A stretch of 64,000 bases of DNA from Mobula birostris (Eukaryota): NCBI RefSeq assembly GCF_030028105.1, contig NC_092396.1, forward strand, positions 18,993,820-19,057,819. Reading direction: 5' to 3'. Made by a program: the position numbers and the translations under genes. Under the pieces are notes generated by a model, which was given only the letters and a program-made list of their open reading frames with translations, did not search any database and was not told where the DNA came from. Of the stretch, positions 37,940-50,990 are shown one piece after another. Position 1 is the stretch's first letter, and each line of letters opens with the position of its first letter.

Positions 37940-39725
37940 TAATTTGGAAGATGAAAGAAAAAATAATGGATGGAAGTCATTATGAGGGACAGAGGGATAA
38001 GAACAAAATATGAAACAAAATAATCCTGTTGAAATAGGAAGCTACAAATGAAAAAAGATATGGAAAGTCAAAAGGAAGGTTGAAATAACCTTCAAGGAGA
38101 AGAAATAAATGGGCTGAGGATGGTGAATATAGGTGATAAAGGTTGCAGGAGTGTGAGAGTTAGTTGAGTAAGAGATCAGCCACATTCCTTCATCAGGAAA
38201 CTGATGGAGGTAGAAAGCATACAAAGGAGAGTGTGGGGAAGGGTGGATGGGGATTAGAAGTTGTTTAAGAGTATTAGGTGAACAGTGTAGGAAAAGGAGA
38301 TTAAGAGGTAGCAGATTTAGGAATAAGTTGATGTTCAACACCGCAAAGTGTTGAGGAGTGGAGGTCAAAGCAAGAGGTTATATTGGAAAATTATTTGTGA
38401 AGGATGTCAAAATGTATGATGGAAGCATAGAAAGTAAAGGTAGTGGGTGGGAAATTAATGGAAAGAACCAGAGGTAGGAGGGTTTGAGGAAGTAGGTTGA
38501 AGCAGGAAGTCGGGGGTTCCCATTGTGCAAGAAAATACATTGGTGGGAGGCTGAGATGTAAGAGGCTGTAGTGGGGAAGAGAACCAGAGATAGATGTAGG
38601 GGATGGCTATCAAGAGATAGGAGGGTATAGGAGGATGGTTTAAAGGTGGAAGTACGAGGTGCCAAGGAGGTGCTTAACGTAGTAGAGAGCAAATGTGGGA
38701 AAATACAACTTATGATAATTTTTTAATGTCTTGCATTGTATTGCTGACACAAAGTAATAAATTTCATGACATATGTCAGAGATAAAACTAATTCTAATAT
38801 TGAGAAGTTAGAAGCAAAAGAGACATAGGGGAGGTGTTCAAAGTATGAAGAAATGAGGTAGGAGGATGTGGGGTAGAGGTTGAGGAAAAATGATTAAGGC
38901 GGGACCATGTTGAGATGGACAGGTTAGGAGGGCTGTTAGGGGATAAGGAAGTTGGGTATTTGGAAGGGGATAAAGGTCGGAAGGTGTCTGATATCAAGTT
39001 GAGATATGCAAGGAAGGAGAAAGTATAGGAAAGTAAGCAAATAAGATGAGGAGGGAGATATTCAGTTAAGCAGAAGAGAGGGAGAAGAGGAGGCCAACTG
39101 GGAGGAGGTTAAAAATTGGAAGTGTGTGAGGAGAGAATCAAAGATGGAAATAGTTAAGCAGTGGATGGAGTGCTGGAGAGAGGGTAAAGTGAGAATAAGG
39201 CTAAGAGTTAGGAGGATGTGGGAGGAGGTGAAGGCAGCAAGATGGGAAGAGTGGATCTAAATAAGAAGGGGGAGAAGAGGTTGACTTTGGAGAGTTTTGG
39301 GAAAGGAGGTCCAGATGTTTATGTGGGAGAGAGAGAGACTGAGACAAAAAGGTTTGGAGACGGATATGAAAGGTTAGATGAAGTCAAGAGGTAAGAGGGC
39401 TTGGGGAAGTGATAGAGGATTGGAAAATAGAGGGAAAAGTTCAGGTTATAGGGTTAGGGGATGAGATCACAAGAATGGAAAGAAAGATTGAGAGGAGGGT
39501 GTGAGCAGAATATGACTAGTGGCAGGATTGTGCAGGGCAGATTGCAAGATAAGTGCAGATATTCAAGTTTAAGAAGTATGAAAGTGTGGGGAAGGAGGCT
39601 GAGAGGTGTAATGGTATGGGATACAAGGTGGATTATTAGAATAATGTGGAGGAATCAGTTATGGTAGTAGTTTGTGGAGAAGTCAAGAGATATGAATCTG
39701 AGAGGGGAAGAGGCTCAGATATTGT
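37940..39725 (+). repeat. Purine-rich, C-depleted low-complexity tract (~1.8 kb)
   Basis: Continuous G/A(T)-rich plus strand with no clear unit; a small LINE tail is inserted at ~38715-38795. Confidence 0.7.
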
Positions 39726-41199
39726 CAAGTGTAGAGGCTGGGGAGAAAAACATGTTTCTTGTAAACATTACTTAAAATTGTCTGTTGATTCTGAGATTCA
39801 GTAGCTAAGTGTGCTTTAAGGTATATTCTGAGATGTTGCTGCAGATGAACGAGTTTGCCCATGGTTGAACAGCAGCCTTCCATCTGAGTTATCCACTCCA
39901 GCCTATACCAAGTGAGATAAGAACTTTGGTTCTGAATTCTAAATTGACATTGAATGGGAACCAATAGCATGTGGAATTTGGGACCCCATTTGAAACATTC
40001 ATCCAGTGATTACCAAAGGATTACAAAAACCAAGGATACTTTGTGACTAGTCAGACTGTTAATGCTTCCAATACCTCACACTATCCTCCAAGCAAAGATT
40101 GTGAAGGTACATGTTGGATATATTATTTTTGTACAGCCTAATACATTCTGGTTGTTATAACACAGCCTGCTTGGAATGAGCTGGTGCCATAGAAGCTGAT
40201 CGCTCTTCTGACCTTCATAGCCACAGACAGCTGCACTATCAGATGATCATGGATACAGACAGTCATATAATAGTTGGCATTATTTGAGGTTGCCAGTTTA
40301 GTAAAGCACTCTAATCCACATGTCCCCACTAAAGCCCTTATCGGATCTAAATGGCAACTTCACAGTAGGTGTAACATATTATGGATGCAGCCTTCCTAAA
40401 CACTGCAGACAGATTCTTCCCTGCTGCTTCTCTTTAATAATAATGATATACATTACAGTATAGTTCCATAGGAATAAGGTTAGAAAACCATCATTGCTCC
40501 CAAAAACGTTGTCCTTCTGAGGAATGGGAGTAAATGACAGATATACCAGGAATGAAAATATCAGGTGATGTTCCCTAATGCAGTCCACATCAAATCCAAG
40601 GATGTTGATGGTTAATTCTCAAAATTTGATTCTAAACTTCTCTCCATCTGCAGTCATCACCATTCAAACTTTCGGTGGTCTTGGGTTTAAGATCTTCCTG
40701 TTTCTGCTATCACAGAAAGGTCACTGCAAAGAAAGAACCCTTAAAGGAAATGAAGAATGCAAGGTTGACAGATCAGCAGTCTGGCTGGCCCCACACTCCC
40801 ACTCTTTCCTCTAGTTTGCTAGGTGACTTGCTATTATAAGTAACCAATACAGTAAGTGGGTAGCAGGAGAATCAGGTGGCAGGTGAGAGAAAAATGTGCA
40901 GAAGTGTGACTGGTGGGAATGCCTAGACAGCCAGCATGGAAACGATGGGTTGAATAGCTTCCTATGTGATTCTTTTTAACTTTTTACTACTCCTCTTTCG
41001 AACACCCCAAATGAATCTGCCTCAGAGCAGATGGCAGTTCATCATAGATCCTAACCACTTGCCATGAGGGAGGGAAAGGGAACAAAATAAGCTCCCCCTG
41101 TAATGTTAATGGATATTAGTTATCATTACTGTTTAAAAGGTGCAATCTTAAGTATTGTATTATGTGAATCATTCCAGTCAGTTGTTGCAACAATGGTTT

Positions 41200-41820
41200 A
41201 CTGTGAAAGATGCCAGAAAGTTGATTCATTCTGTGGAAGAAAGCTACAGTACTAATAAATTTGTAAATGGAAGGAGGAGTTTACAATGCATACATTTTAT
41301 AGCAGATAAAATGGAGCAGATACTGCATCTCATGGGTCAGGATGGAAGAGAAATGTATAATACCAAAAACACCTTACACTAGAACTCAGATAATGCATTT
41401 GGCGCAATACAAGCACAATACAAACCGACCAAAAACAAATAAATAGTTAACTTTTACAGTTTCATGTGCGACGAGTATCAAGGAAAGCCCTTTGACATTT
41501 CATTAACAAAGCTAGAATTGTTAGCAGAATGTCGCAGTTTTGCAGACTTGAGAGACTTACTCATAACATACTAAATTTCATATATGTCTTTCACAAAATG
41601 GAGAAACTAAAAGGCAAATACTATCTCATCCTAGGTGAGAAGAAGCAGCCAGTGGAATATTACCCAGGCATGCTTCATTCATTTCAAGGAGAAAGCCTTG
41701 AAACCAAGCTGGAAAGACGAACTAAGGCAGAGGTAGTTCCTGCTTTGGACACACCTACCCCTCGCATATCCAGCATGACATATGTTGAGAATCCCAAGGG
41801 ACATGCTGAGATATGTTTAG
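41200..41820 (+). mobile_element. Highly decayed Gypsy-like internal remnant
   Basis: ILHLMGQDGREMYNT and KPFDISLTKLELLAECRSFADL resemble gag; GHAEICLVQ resembles the integrase NG.AE motif. No LTRs recognised. Confidence 0.35.
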
Positions 41821-41824
41821 TCCA

Positions 41825-42425
41825 AATTTGGTAGCTCAGTCTGGAAAAGTGTGTAGTAGTTCACTTTGGAAGGTCGAACTTGAAAGCAGAGTACAGGTTA
41901 ATGACAGTTTTCTTAACAATGTGGAGGAACAGAGGGATCTTGGCCACTTTCATAGATCCCCCAAAATTGTAGTGCAGGTTTATAGAGTGGTTAAGGCAGC
42001 TTATTGTGTGTGCTTTCACTATCAGGGGATTGAGTCCAAGAGCCACAAGGTAATGTTACAGCTCTATAGAACTTTGGTTAGACCAAATTTGGAATATTGT
42101 CTTCAGTTTTGGTTATCTGAATATAGGAAGGATGTGGAAGCCTAGAGCGGGTGCAGTGGAGATTTACCAGGGTGCTTTCTGGATTAGAGAGCATGTCTTA
42201 TGAAGGAAGGTTGAACAAACTTAGGGCTTTCTCCTTGGTGTGAAGGAGTATGAGAGGTGACTTGATAGAGGTGTATAAGATAATAAGAGGTGTAGATAGA
42301 ATGAATACCCAGAGACCTTTTCCCAGGGTGGAAATGAATATGAGGGGCATAATTTCAATGTGCAGAAGATTAGGCTGGCATGGATTAGATAGGCTGAAGG
42401 GCCTGCTTCTGTGCTGTAGTGCTGT
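41825..42425 (+). mobile_element. CR1 3' fragment
   Basis: EEQRDLG, LYRTLVRPNLEYCLQFW. Confidence 0.8.
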
Positions 42426-43279
42426 ATAAACAGATGCTGAGAGTCCAAATGCAGGGGAATAAAAACTTGAAGTGAAAAATGAACAAGGTCTCCTTTATGG
42501 GGCACTGATCATTTAATATGATCTGCAACCGGATTGAGCCAAATCAAAGTAGTATGGAAATGTTGAGAAAGTGTACAACACTTCCTGTGCTTCACCAGCT
42601 ATTAAACAAAGATGACATAAATGCTAAGATACCTAGAAATTGAACAGGAGACAGCCAGTAGAACAGATGTGCAATAAACCTGCTACCATGAAGAATCAAA
42701 CATATAATAAAGCTGAGTCCCCCAACAGACTGACACCAGATGCAACAGACATGAGTGATGACATATCATACCCCAGATCGTATCAGGCTATGAATGGAAC
42801 TGGAGTTGGGCAGGTGCATCCAATATTGAAGAACTTCTGCCACCTTGGGAAGGCCACTAAAGAGGCTTTTTGTCAGCAAATTTGCTTCACATCAAAACTT
42901 CTAAAAACAGAAAATGTGACAAACAATTCAAGTACAGTACATCAAGACTGCAAACTGGTAGATGAAATTAGGAAAAACATTTCAATAAATTAAAAAGTCT
43001 CATCAAATCATTAAGTTTCCACCAGGATTAGGCAATGATGAATTTTAGACTAAGTACATTATTAAAGCTAATATTATGTTATGGATTTGGAGCTACAAAT
43101 TAACCTGCATAAATGTATTAGAATTCACTTCTATCCACTTAATTTTCTGTTGTTTAAAATTTAGGAGTGTAATTCCTCATTGAAACTGGATGTTTGACTG
43201 CCAATCCATTTGATTCTGATGGTAAAAGTTTCAAAAATTAGCATTCCCTGACAAATGTTGTACAAACAATGGATACACA

Positions 43280-43364
43280 AATAAACTCTTCTCGGGCTTC
43301 CAGCTGGGACAGGTATCAATTATAACCGACATTTCGATGACACATTCTGCCATCTTCTTCGGGG
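43280..43364 (-). mobile_element. 85-bp Penelope-type terminus (second family) with hammerhead-like motif
   Basis: TSD ATG(G/A)ATACACA (43269-43279 and 43365-43375); minus strand CCGAAGA-A-GATGGCA(GAATG)TGTCATC-GAAAT-GTC. Confidence 0.6.
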
Positions 43365-43616
43365 ATGAATACACATTCAGAAAACAAATCCAGCATTCTT
43401 GTATTTTCTAGTTTTAATTCAAATCTCCAAATTTTTCAATTTTTCCATTTTAATTCATAAGCTTTCATTCTGCTCTAATAGCAGTTCACTGAAACATCTA
43501 AGTACCTGTGCTGTTTTGTTCTGTTATACCTCACCAACACACTGCCATAAATTTCTGAAGAAGCTAGAACTGAACTGTTGATGCTATGCTTCAAATCCAA
43601 GAACTCTTGACTGTTC

Positions 43617-43695
43617 TCAGGTAAAGATTAGCTCATCCTGTCCAACTTGAATTGAAACCAAGGTCACAGTGGCAGAAGATCGTTTTGTTTTATAC
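43617..43695 (-). CDS. Terminal coding exon of unidentified host gene: (W)YKTKRSSATVTLVSIQVGQDELIFT*
   Basis: Acceptor TTTACTTTTAATACAG; phase 2 matches exon 44636-44693; TGA at 43619-43617. Confidence 0.7.
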
Positions 43696-44635
43696 CTGTA
43701 TTAAAAGTAAATTAATATGTTTTTATTGATAAGTAGGATTGTAAAATGGAATAAATTATGGGTTATAAAATACTTTAAAGATCATTTACTAAGCCAAAAT
43801 CTGACTTCAAAAAAATCTATACCAACAATATAAATGCATGTTATAGATATGTCATGATTCTTTAATGTTGCTTGAATTATCACCATCTTGCATTGTGAAC
43901 ACTGTTCGGCACCCAAGAAGATTTTAATTATTCATAAAGTTTGTTTAAAATGCTATATACACTGTTTAGAGTCAGACTAAAGTGTTAAAATATCAATATT
44001 ATTTAAATGTACTTTTAAAATCTAGGTTATGTAGGCCAACAAGCTATGGTACAGAGTTTACATATCAAGCAGAGTATTAAGGGATACAAAAAGAACAATT
44101 CAATTTAAATCTAAATTAGTCACAGAATTTAATTGTCTTGGGTTTCCAATGCAAAAGGAAATAGAGTTATTCTAGTAATACTCAACATCTGTCTCATGCC
44201 ATTCAAGGTAATTAGGTAAACCTATTTTAATAAAATGGAAATTATTTTTAGTGATAGTTCATCAGGAGGGTCATAATTTGAAATGGAATTCCTTCCAACA
44301 GAAATTAACTAAGTGTCAAAAGTTGGCAAAGCATTCACTACAAGTTTCTGTACCCCTAATATTTACCCTTCCATTTCTGAAGGAGCCAAATAATGTTTTT
44401 AATAGTTTCAATGGCCAAGTTACACCATTACCCTGTCTAAAAAGTCATAAGCAAGTCTAGACTGTGAGTATCAACAAGTTTTTTTTGGCTGTGATTAAAC
44501 CCAAGTCTGCTCTTGCTCAATATTTACAGGCATTCACCAATTAGAGCCTGATATTAACTATTCAGCACAGATCAAGAAATAAATCCAGGACAGTTGAGAC
44601 TATACATGTTAATCTGATACCAGCAGAAATCTTAC

Positions 44636-44693
44636 CATGAGGTATTTAGTAACTTGTATCTCAGATTTATAAATCTTAAAGGTCTCCAACAAT
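44636..44693 (-). CDS. Internal exon: (Y)CWRPLRFINLRYKLLNTS(W)
   Basis: Acceptor TTCCTTATTTTGGCCTGTTATAG; donor ATG|GTAAGA; 58 nt, phase 1 to phase 2. Confidence 0.7.
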
Positions 44694-45881
44694 CTATAAC
44701 AGGCCAAAATAAGGAAACTGAGAGTAGACCTAATATTTGCACAGATTAGAAATGGGTTCCTATGAGTAACTGGTTATTACATAAATTCATAATCCAAGAA
44801 ATTACTTAAAATATGAAATTCTCCTCAGCAAATTTTCAAATCTTAATCTACAGATATATGCTACTGTTATTTGGACACTGTAGTTCTGTGTCAAATCATT
44901 CAATTCTTGGATTTGTGTAGTTTCTGCCTGTTAAGGTTCTAAAAATTCAAATGGAAAATCTAAAGTTTGCATGAGATGGGAAGTTAGTTATGTTGAGAGC
45001 AAAATAAAAGCAAAATACATGGACTGAAGATTTTGGCAATTTACAAGATCGGCATTACAAATACATAGTTCCCTGGTTTATATATTACATATTTGTTATG
45101 ATTGGTTTGTATGAATTTATTAGTTAATTCTATAATTAGTAATTAAATACATCACACCATGAATTGGTAGGACTGTTGATTCCCAATGTGCTAAAATTAC
45201 AAATGCAATGAAGTCACCTAGTGAAAACTGATCAAGAGTGAAATCTAACAAAGGTCAGAGAGTTGCTGTTACAATCTTCACAAATGAATGAATGGATAAA
45301 ATAGGATGTACACAAAATGGATGTTCTTCGAATAAGGCTTACCAGAGTAAATTAATCAAAACTAAGTATGAGCACAGTAGGTCAATGAGCGGAGGGTAGC
45401 AGATGGTGCTCAACATAGATAGGATTACAGTTACAGTCATAAAGTAATGTAAATAAAGACTTATGTTTATGGAGTACCCTTCATGATCTCTGGATATCCT
45501 AAAAGTAGTTCACAATCAATAAGGATAATTACTGGAAAAAAAAGATCTGAGAAAAAAAAATTCCAGTGGGGTTTAGTTGTGTCTTACAACTGCTAGTTTT
45601 GTATTTTAAGTCAGGGAAAAATTACAATATTTAAATATGTGATTATTTATATTACTTAGAAACTTGATGAAACACTGCAATGTGGTCTCACTTGAGAAAC
45701 AAAATTGGTTTGGACTTTATTAAATAAATGAAGAGCCAATGCTACAGAAACAACTGTTTAATTGTTCATCTGATGGTCCATATCTAGTCATATCAGGTCC
45801 GGTCTAGAAATACCTGATGAAGAATGGATGATCACTATTATTCATTCATAAAGCAAATATAACAAGATAAAATGGCCCAAG

Positions 45882-46081
45882 CAACACACACAAAATGCTG
45901 GAGGAACTCAGCAGGCCAGATAGCTTCTATAGAAAAGAGTAAACAAGTCCTGCTGAAGGGTCTCAGCCCAAAACATTGACTGTTTACTCTTTTTCATAGA
46001 TGCTGCTTGGCCTGCTGAGTTCCTCCAGCATTTTCTGTGAGTTACCTTGATCTCCAGCACCTGCAGATTTTCTCTTGTTTG
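45882..46081 (+). mobile_element. Short Penelope-like terminal fragment with inverted end
   Basis: 14-bp TSD TAAAATG(G/T)CCCAAG (45868-45881 and 46082-46095); decayed hammerhead at ~45947-45983. Confidence 0.8.
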
Positions 46082-46169
46082 TAAAATGTCCCAAGGTTCT
46101 TCTGAAGAATGGTAACAAATAAAATTAAACATCTTGCCTTGTTAGAAATATGTGAAGGGTAAGCACTGG

Positions 46170-46570
46170 GAACGGTAAGCATAAAGGAGTTGGGTGCTTA
46201 CTGATCTGGTTAACAATGGATGGTGCAATCCGGGGTATATTACAATCGAGGAACGTGTTTGCAGACCGGATATTGAACTTTTTACTGTTGGACTTCGGCC
46301 ACGTTCCACCGTGACACTTGGCGGCACAGGAGGTCGTTCCTGCCTGTGGCCATCGAACGTGCAGCTCCTCCCGTGGAGGGTCGGACACCCCGAGCCAATA
46401 GACTGGTCCTGGATTTATATTCCATCTGGCATAGTTTGCATTTTGTTGTTTGATTGTTGTGGTTTTTGTATTGCTATATTTATGCTCTATTCTTGGTTGG
46501 TGCAGCTGTAACGAAACCCAATTTCCCTCGGGATTAATAAAGTATATCTATTTATCTATCTATCTATCTA
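46170..46570 (+). mobile_element. Internally deleted Rex-type LINE (endonuclease piece fused to 3' UTR)
   Basis: LVNNGWCNPGYITIEERVCRPDIELFTVGLRP joined directly to a 3' UTR ending AATAAAG..(ATCT)n. Confidence 0.65.
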
Positions 46571-47264
46571 AGAGATAAAGTAAATTATAATCAGCATTAT
46601 AAAGGAAAAGAGAAAGGAGGTAGCCAAAGATTTTACAGTGAAAAATTGCAAGTTTTCAATTAAATAGCTGCCGCAAGTGAAATAACCAAAATTAGGGATG
46701 ATTCAGTGGTCACATTAGGAGGAGCAGAGAGATAGGGGTTGTGGGGCTGGAGGAGATTACATTGATAGGGAATAAAAATATCATGGACAATCAGACGAGA
46801 ATCAGAATATTAAAATTTAGACATCATCAGACTAGAAGTCACTGTAGGTCAATGAGTTTGGGTGAGAGGTGAACAGGATGAGGTGCAGGTTAACATCTAA
46901 ACAAAAAGCTTATAGAGGATGGAAAATAGAAAACTGAGATTAGGGATTATTTAAACCTTGGGGATTACAACATAATAAAGGAGGGTTTCAACAACCTTTG
47001 AGCTGATGCAGGAACAGAATCAAATATTTTGGTGATAGAACAGGTGTTGATCAGAAGTTCACTTTGGAATCGGATATGGTTCAGCTGCAGACAACTGCCA
47101 AAGAAAAAGATAGACTCAGTGGTTAAGGCACTGAATTTACAGTGGGACCAAAAGCTGTTCTTTGGCATTGGTATTCCCAGCATTTTAGTTGAAAAAAATT
47201 CCGTTTATCCACATAGGGATGTCAGATGAGCTGTATTTCAAATTAGTGCATTGGTTGAAAACAG

Positions 47265-47620
47265 AACACAGGAACAAGAATAGGACATTTAAGCCTTTTG
47301 ATCTGTTCTGCCATTCATTATGATCATGGCTAATCATCCATCCCAAAGCCATTTTCCTGCACTGTTCACATATCCCTTGTATCATTTTTAACATCCAGAA
47401 AACTATTGATCATTGTTTTGAATGAACTCAATATCCCCCTAGAGTACAGAATTCTAGGTTCATGACACTGAGTGAAGAAATCTCCCTTATCTCAACTCTG
47501 AACAGCTTAACTCTTACTCTAACACAATGACCCCTAGTTCTTCCAGCCATGTTAAACAGAGCAAAGTTAAACATCCTCCTTCTGTAGACACTGTAAGAAA
47601 TTTATAAGTTTCAGTGATTA
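47265..47620 (-). mobile_element. CR1 3' end
   Basis: Reverse-complement CR1 3' UTR with an (AGAACAC)-like tail. Confidence 0.6.
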
Positions 47621-48267
47621 AGATGAAGGCAATACATTGTATATCTTGGCTATCCAACCTGAGTTGGGCTGTAAGTGTCAAGATTTTGTGGGGTCGAGGG
47701 TATATTCTGGTAAAAACATTCAGGATTGGGTTGTGTCACACTAGTTTGGCTCGGAACTTTATCAGGTCAAAACAATTTGCTTAGTGGTACCACATGACCT
47801 CTGTTTTTGATAATACCTGATGGTTAATCTCAAACAGATCAATATATTTATGGAGATGACTGGATTAATTCAAATGTAGATTGAGTTATAAATTCATAGG
47901 CACTGATTGAGTTTGGGTTGGCTGTGGATGGGTCAGAGTTTAGTTTTATATCTGAATAGGGCTGCCTATAACAGAAAAAAACTGTAGAATTTTAACATGA
48001 TTTATTGCAATAGTACCAATTACAGCAAGCCACTAGTATAACTTTGGGAAATTCACTTTCCGTGTGAAAAGTACCACACAATAAAAATATTTTCTCTATT
48101 TCGATGCTCTTTATATTACTATGTCGTTCCATGTGAAAATAAAAATGAATACCAATGGTAAAAGATCGGCCAGAATTAAATTATATCAGAGACAGCTAAT
48201 TATTATAAGAAACCTTGACAATGGCTAAAGTTTTGTCTTACAAAAAAGGAAAATAGTTATGGTTGTT

Positions 48268-50070
48268 AAGGCCAAAGTCAGAATGATTTTATCAAGGTGA
48301 AATCTTGCCTGACAAATATATTGGAATTCTTTGAGGAAATAACATGGAGGATAGACAAAGGAGAATCGGTGGATGTTGTGTGCTTGGATTTTCAGAAGGC
48401 CTTTGACAAGGTGCTGCACATAAGGCTGCTTAACAAGATAAGTGCCCATGGTGTTACAGAAAAGATACTAGAATCGATAGAGGATTAGCTGATTGGCAGG
48501 AGGGAAAGTGTGGAAATACTTTATACTTTATTGTCGCCAAACAATAAAGGGAGCTATTTCTGGTTGGCTGCCAGTGACTAGTGGTGTTCCGCAAGTGTCA
48601 GTGTTGGCATTGCTTCTTTTTATATTTTATATTATATGTCAGTGATTTTGATGATGGAATTGCCTGCTTTTTAGGCAAGTTTGCAGATGATATGAAGACA
48701 GCTGGAGGGGCAGGTAGTGTTGAGGAACCAGGGAGGCTGCGAAAGACAGACAGATTAGGAAAATGGGGAAAGTGGCAGATAGAATAGAGTGTCAGAAAGT
48801 GTATGGTCATGCAATTTGTAGAGGAATAAGAATGTGGACTAATTTCTAAAAGGGGTGAAAATTCAAAAATCCCAGGTGCAAAGGGATTTGTTAGTCTTCA
48901 TGAAGGATTCTCTAAAGGTTAACTTGCAGATTGAATCGGTAGTGAGGAAGGCAAATGCAATGTTAGCATTCATTTCGAGAGGACTAAAATATAAAAGCAA
49001 GGAGGTAATGCTGAGGCTTTATAGGCACTGGTGAGGCCTCACTTGGAGTATCGTGAGCAGTTTTGGGCCCCTTATCTAAAAGGATGTGCTAACATTGGAG
49101 AGGATTCAGATGAGGTTCTCGAGAATAATTCCCGGAATGAAAAGGTTATCGTATGAGGAGTAAATCAGAAACATGGGAAAGTCTGCAGATATTGGAAATC
49201 CAAAGCAACTTACACAAATTTCTGGAGGAACTCAGCAGCTCAAGAGTAAAAAGTCAATGTTTCGGGCTGAGACCCTTCTTCAGGAGTGAGAAGGAAAAGA
49301 GAAGATGTCAGAATAAAAAGATGGGGGTTGGAGAAAGGCGAGCTGGAAGGTGATAGGTGAAGCCAGGTGGGTGGGAAAGGTCAAGGGCAGGAGAAGAAAG
49401 AATCTGATTGGAGAGGAGGGTGGACAATAGGAGAAGGGGAAGGAGGTTTGGACCCAGGGAGAAGTAAGTGAGAAGAAGTTAAAGGTCAGAGAGGGGAATA
49501 GAGGAAGAGGCAGGGAGGAATGAGTTCGCCAGAAGGAGAAATCGATATTCAAGCCATCAGGTTGCAGGGTACCCATGTAATACAAGGTGTTGCTCCTCCA
49601 CCCTGAGGAGGCCATGGATTGACACGTAGGAATGGGAATGGGAGTTAAAACTTATGAGGAGCGTTTGATGGTCTTGTGCCTGTACTTGCTGGAATTTAGA
49701 AGAATGAGGGGGGATCTCAATGAAACCTCTTGAATATTGAAAGGCCTAGATACAGTAGATGTGGAGAGAATATTTCCTATAGTGGTGGAGTCTGGAACCA
49801 GAGAGCACAGACTCAGAATCAAGGGACATCCATTTAGAATGGAGATGAGAAGTAATTTCTTTAGGGTGAAACTGTGAAATTCATTGACACAGGCCAGAGC
49901 ATTGAGTGCATTTAAGGCGGAGGTTGAGAGGTTCTTGATTAGTCTGGGTATGAAAGGTTATGGGAAGAAGCAGGAGAATGCAGTTGAGAGGGCAAATGGA
50001 TCAGCCATGATGAAATAGCGATGCAGACTCGATGGACCAAATGGCCTAATTCTACTATGTCTTATGGTCT
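48268..50070 (+). mobile_element. CR1 LINE RT region and 3' end, interrupted by Penelope
   Basis: KSCLTNILEFFEE..DVVCLDFQKAFDKV, GKFADDMK. Confidence 0.88.
49161..49652 (-). mobile_element. Penelope-like 3' fragment
   Basis: 9-bp TSD TATGAGGAG (49152-49160 and 49653-49661); GTLQPDGLNIDFS; decayed hammerhead at ~49252-49286. Confidence 0.85.
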
Positions 50071-50204
50071 ATCATCCATCCCCTACCCTCCCTACTGTAT
50101 TTTTGTCTCTCTCCTTCCTAGTTCTCATGAAAGGCCTTTGACACAAATTGTTAGCTGTTTCTCTTCCCACAGGTACACACTTGTGAGTTTACAATTTCAA
50201 TTTT

Positions 50205-50990
50205 TATTTTAACTATTCCATGTAAATGGTGAGAGATTGCACAGCTCAATGATGCGAAACGATCTACATTTGAAAACACATGATTCACAAACGGCCAGTA
50301 TGTAGGTACAAGAACTAATTGGGAAAACGAAAAGAATATTATTGAGAGAACAGAAGATAAGGAAGTTAGGTTTCATTTATTTAAGGCCTTTATAATAGCA
50401 CATCTGAACAACACTATTTGGTCTCTAAGGAAGAATGTTAATGCACTGAAAGTTATTCAGAGAATGTTTACTAGTTTAATACTGAAATGAGCAGATTGAC
50501 TTATGAGGAAAGGTTTGTCAAGCGAATTCTGTTCTTGAGTTTAGAAGAACAAGAGAGGGCTTGATTTAATTGAAGGATCTTAGCAGGGATGATGTGGAGA
50601 GGAAGATTCTTTTTAAAAGAGTATAAGACGTAGTGGCAGAATTAGGCTATTCAGCCCACTGAGTCTGCTACACAATTGGAACATGGCTGATTTATTTTCC
50701 CTTTCGACACCATTCTCTTGCCTATCTTAAAACAAGGACCTATTGCTTTGAAAAAAAAATTCATCCACTTAAGACAAAGATGATGCCAAAGTCTTTTCTT
50801 TCAGTGAGTCCTAGGTCTTTGGAACTCTTTTCCTTTAAGGCCAGTGGAGACTTTGCACATTCTTAAAGCAAAAGTAGACAGGTTTTTGTAAGCAAGTGAC
50901 TGAAAGATAAATATACATGAAAATGCATTGAGGTTAAAATTAGATGAGAAATAATCTACTCAAGACCTGAACAATCTTGAGAGGATAAGA
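50205..50990 (+). mobile_element. Decayed CR1 3' fragment containing an antisense CR1 tail
   Basis: CR1 ORF2-end motifs; reverse CR1 3' UTR at ~50625-50725. Confidence 0.55.

Noticed and set aside
38042-38997. Ser/Pro/Leu-rich minus ORFs
   Set aside because: Compositional artefacts of the purine tract.
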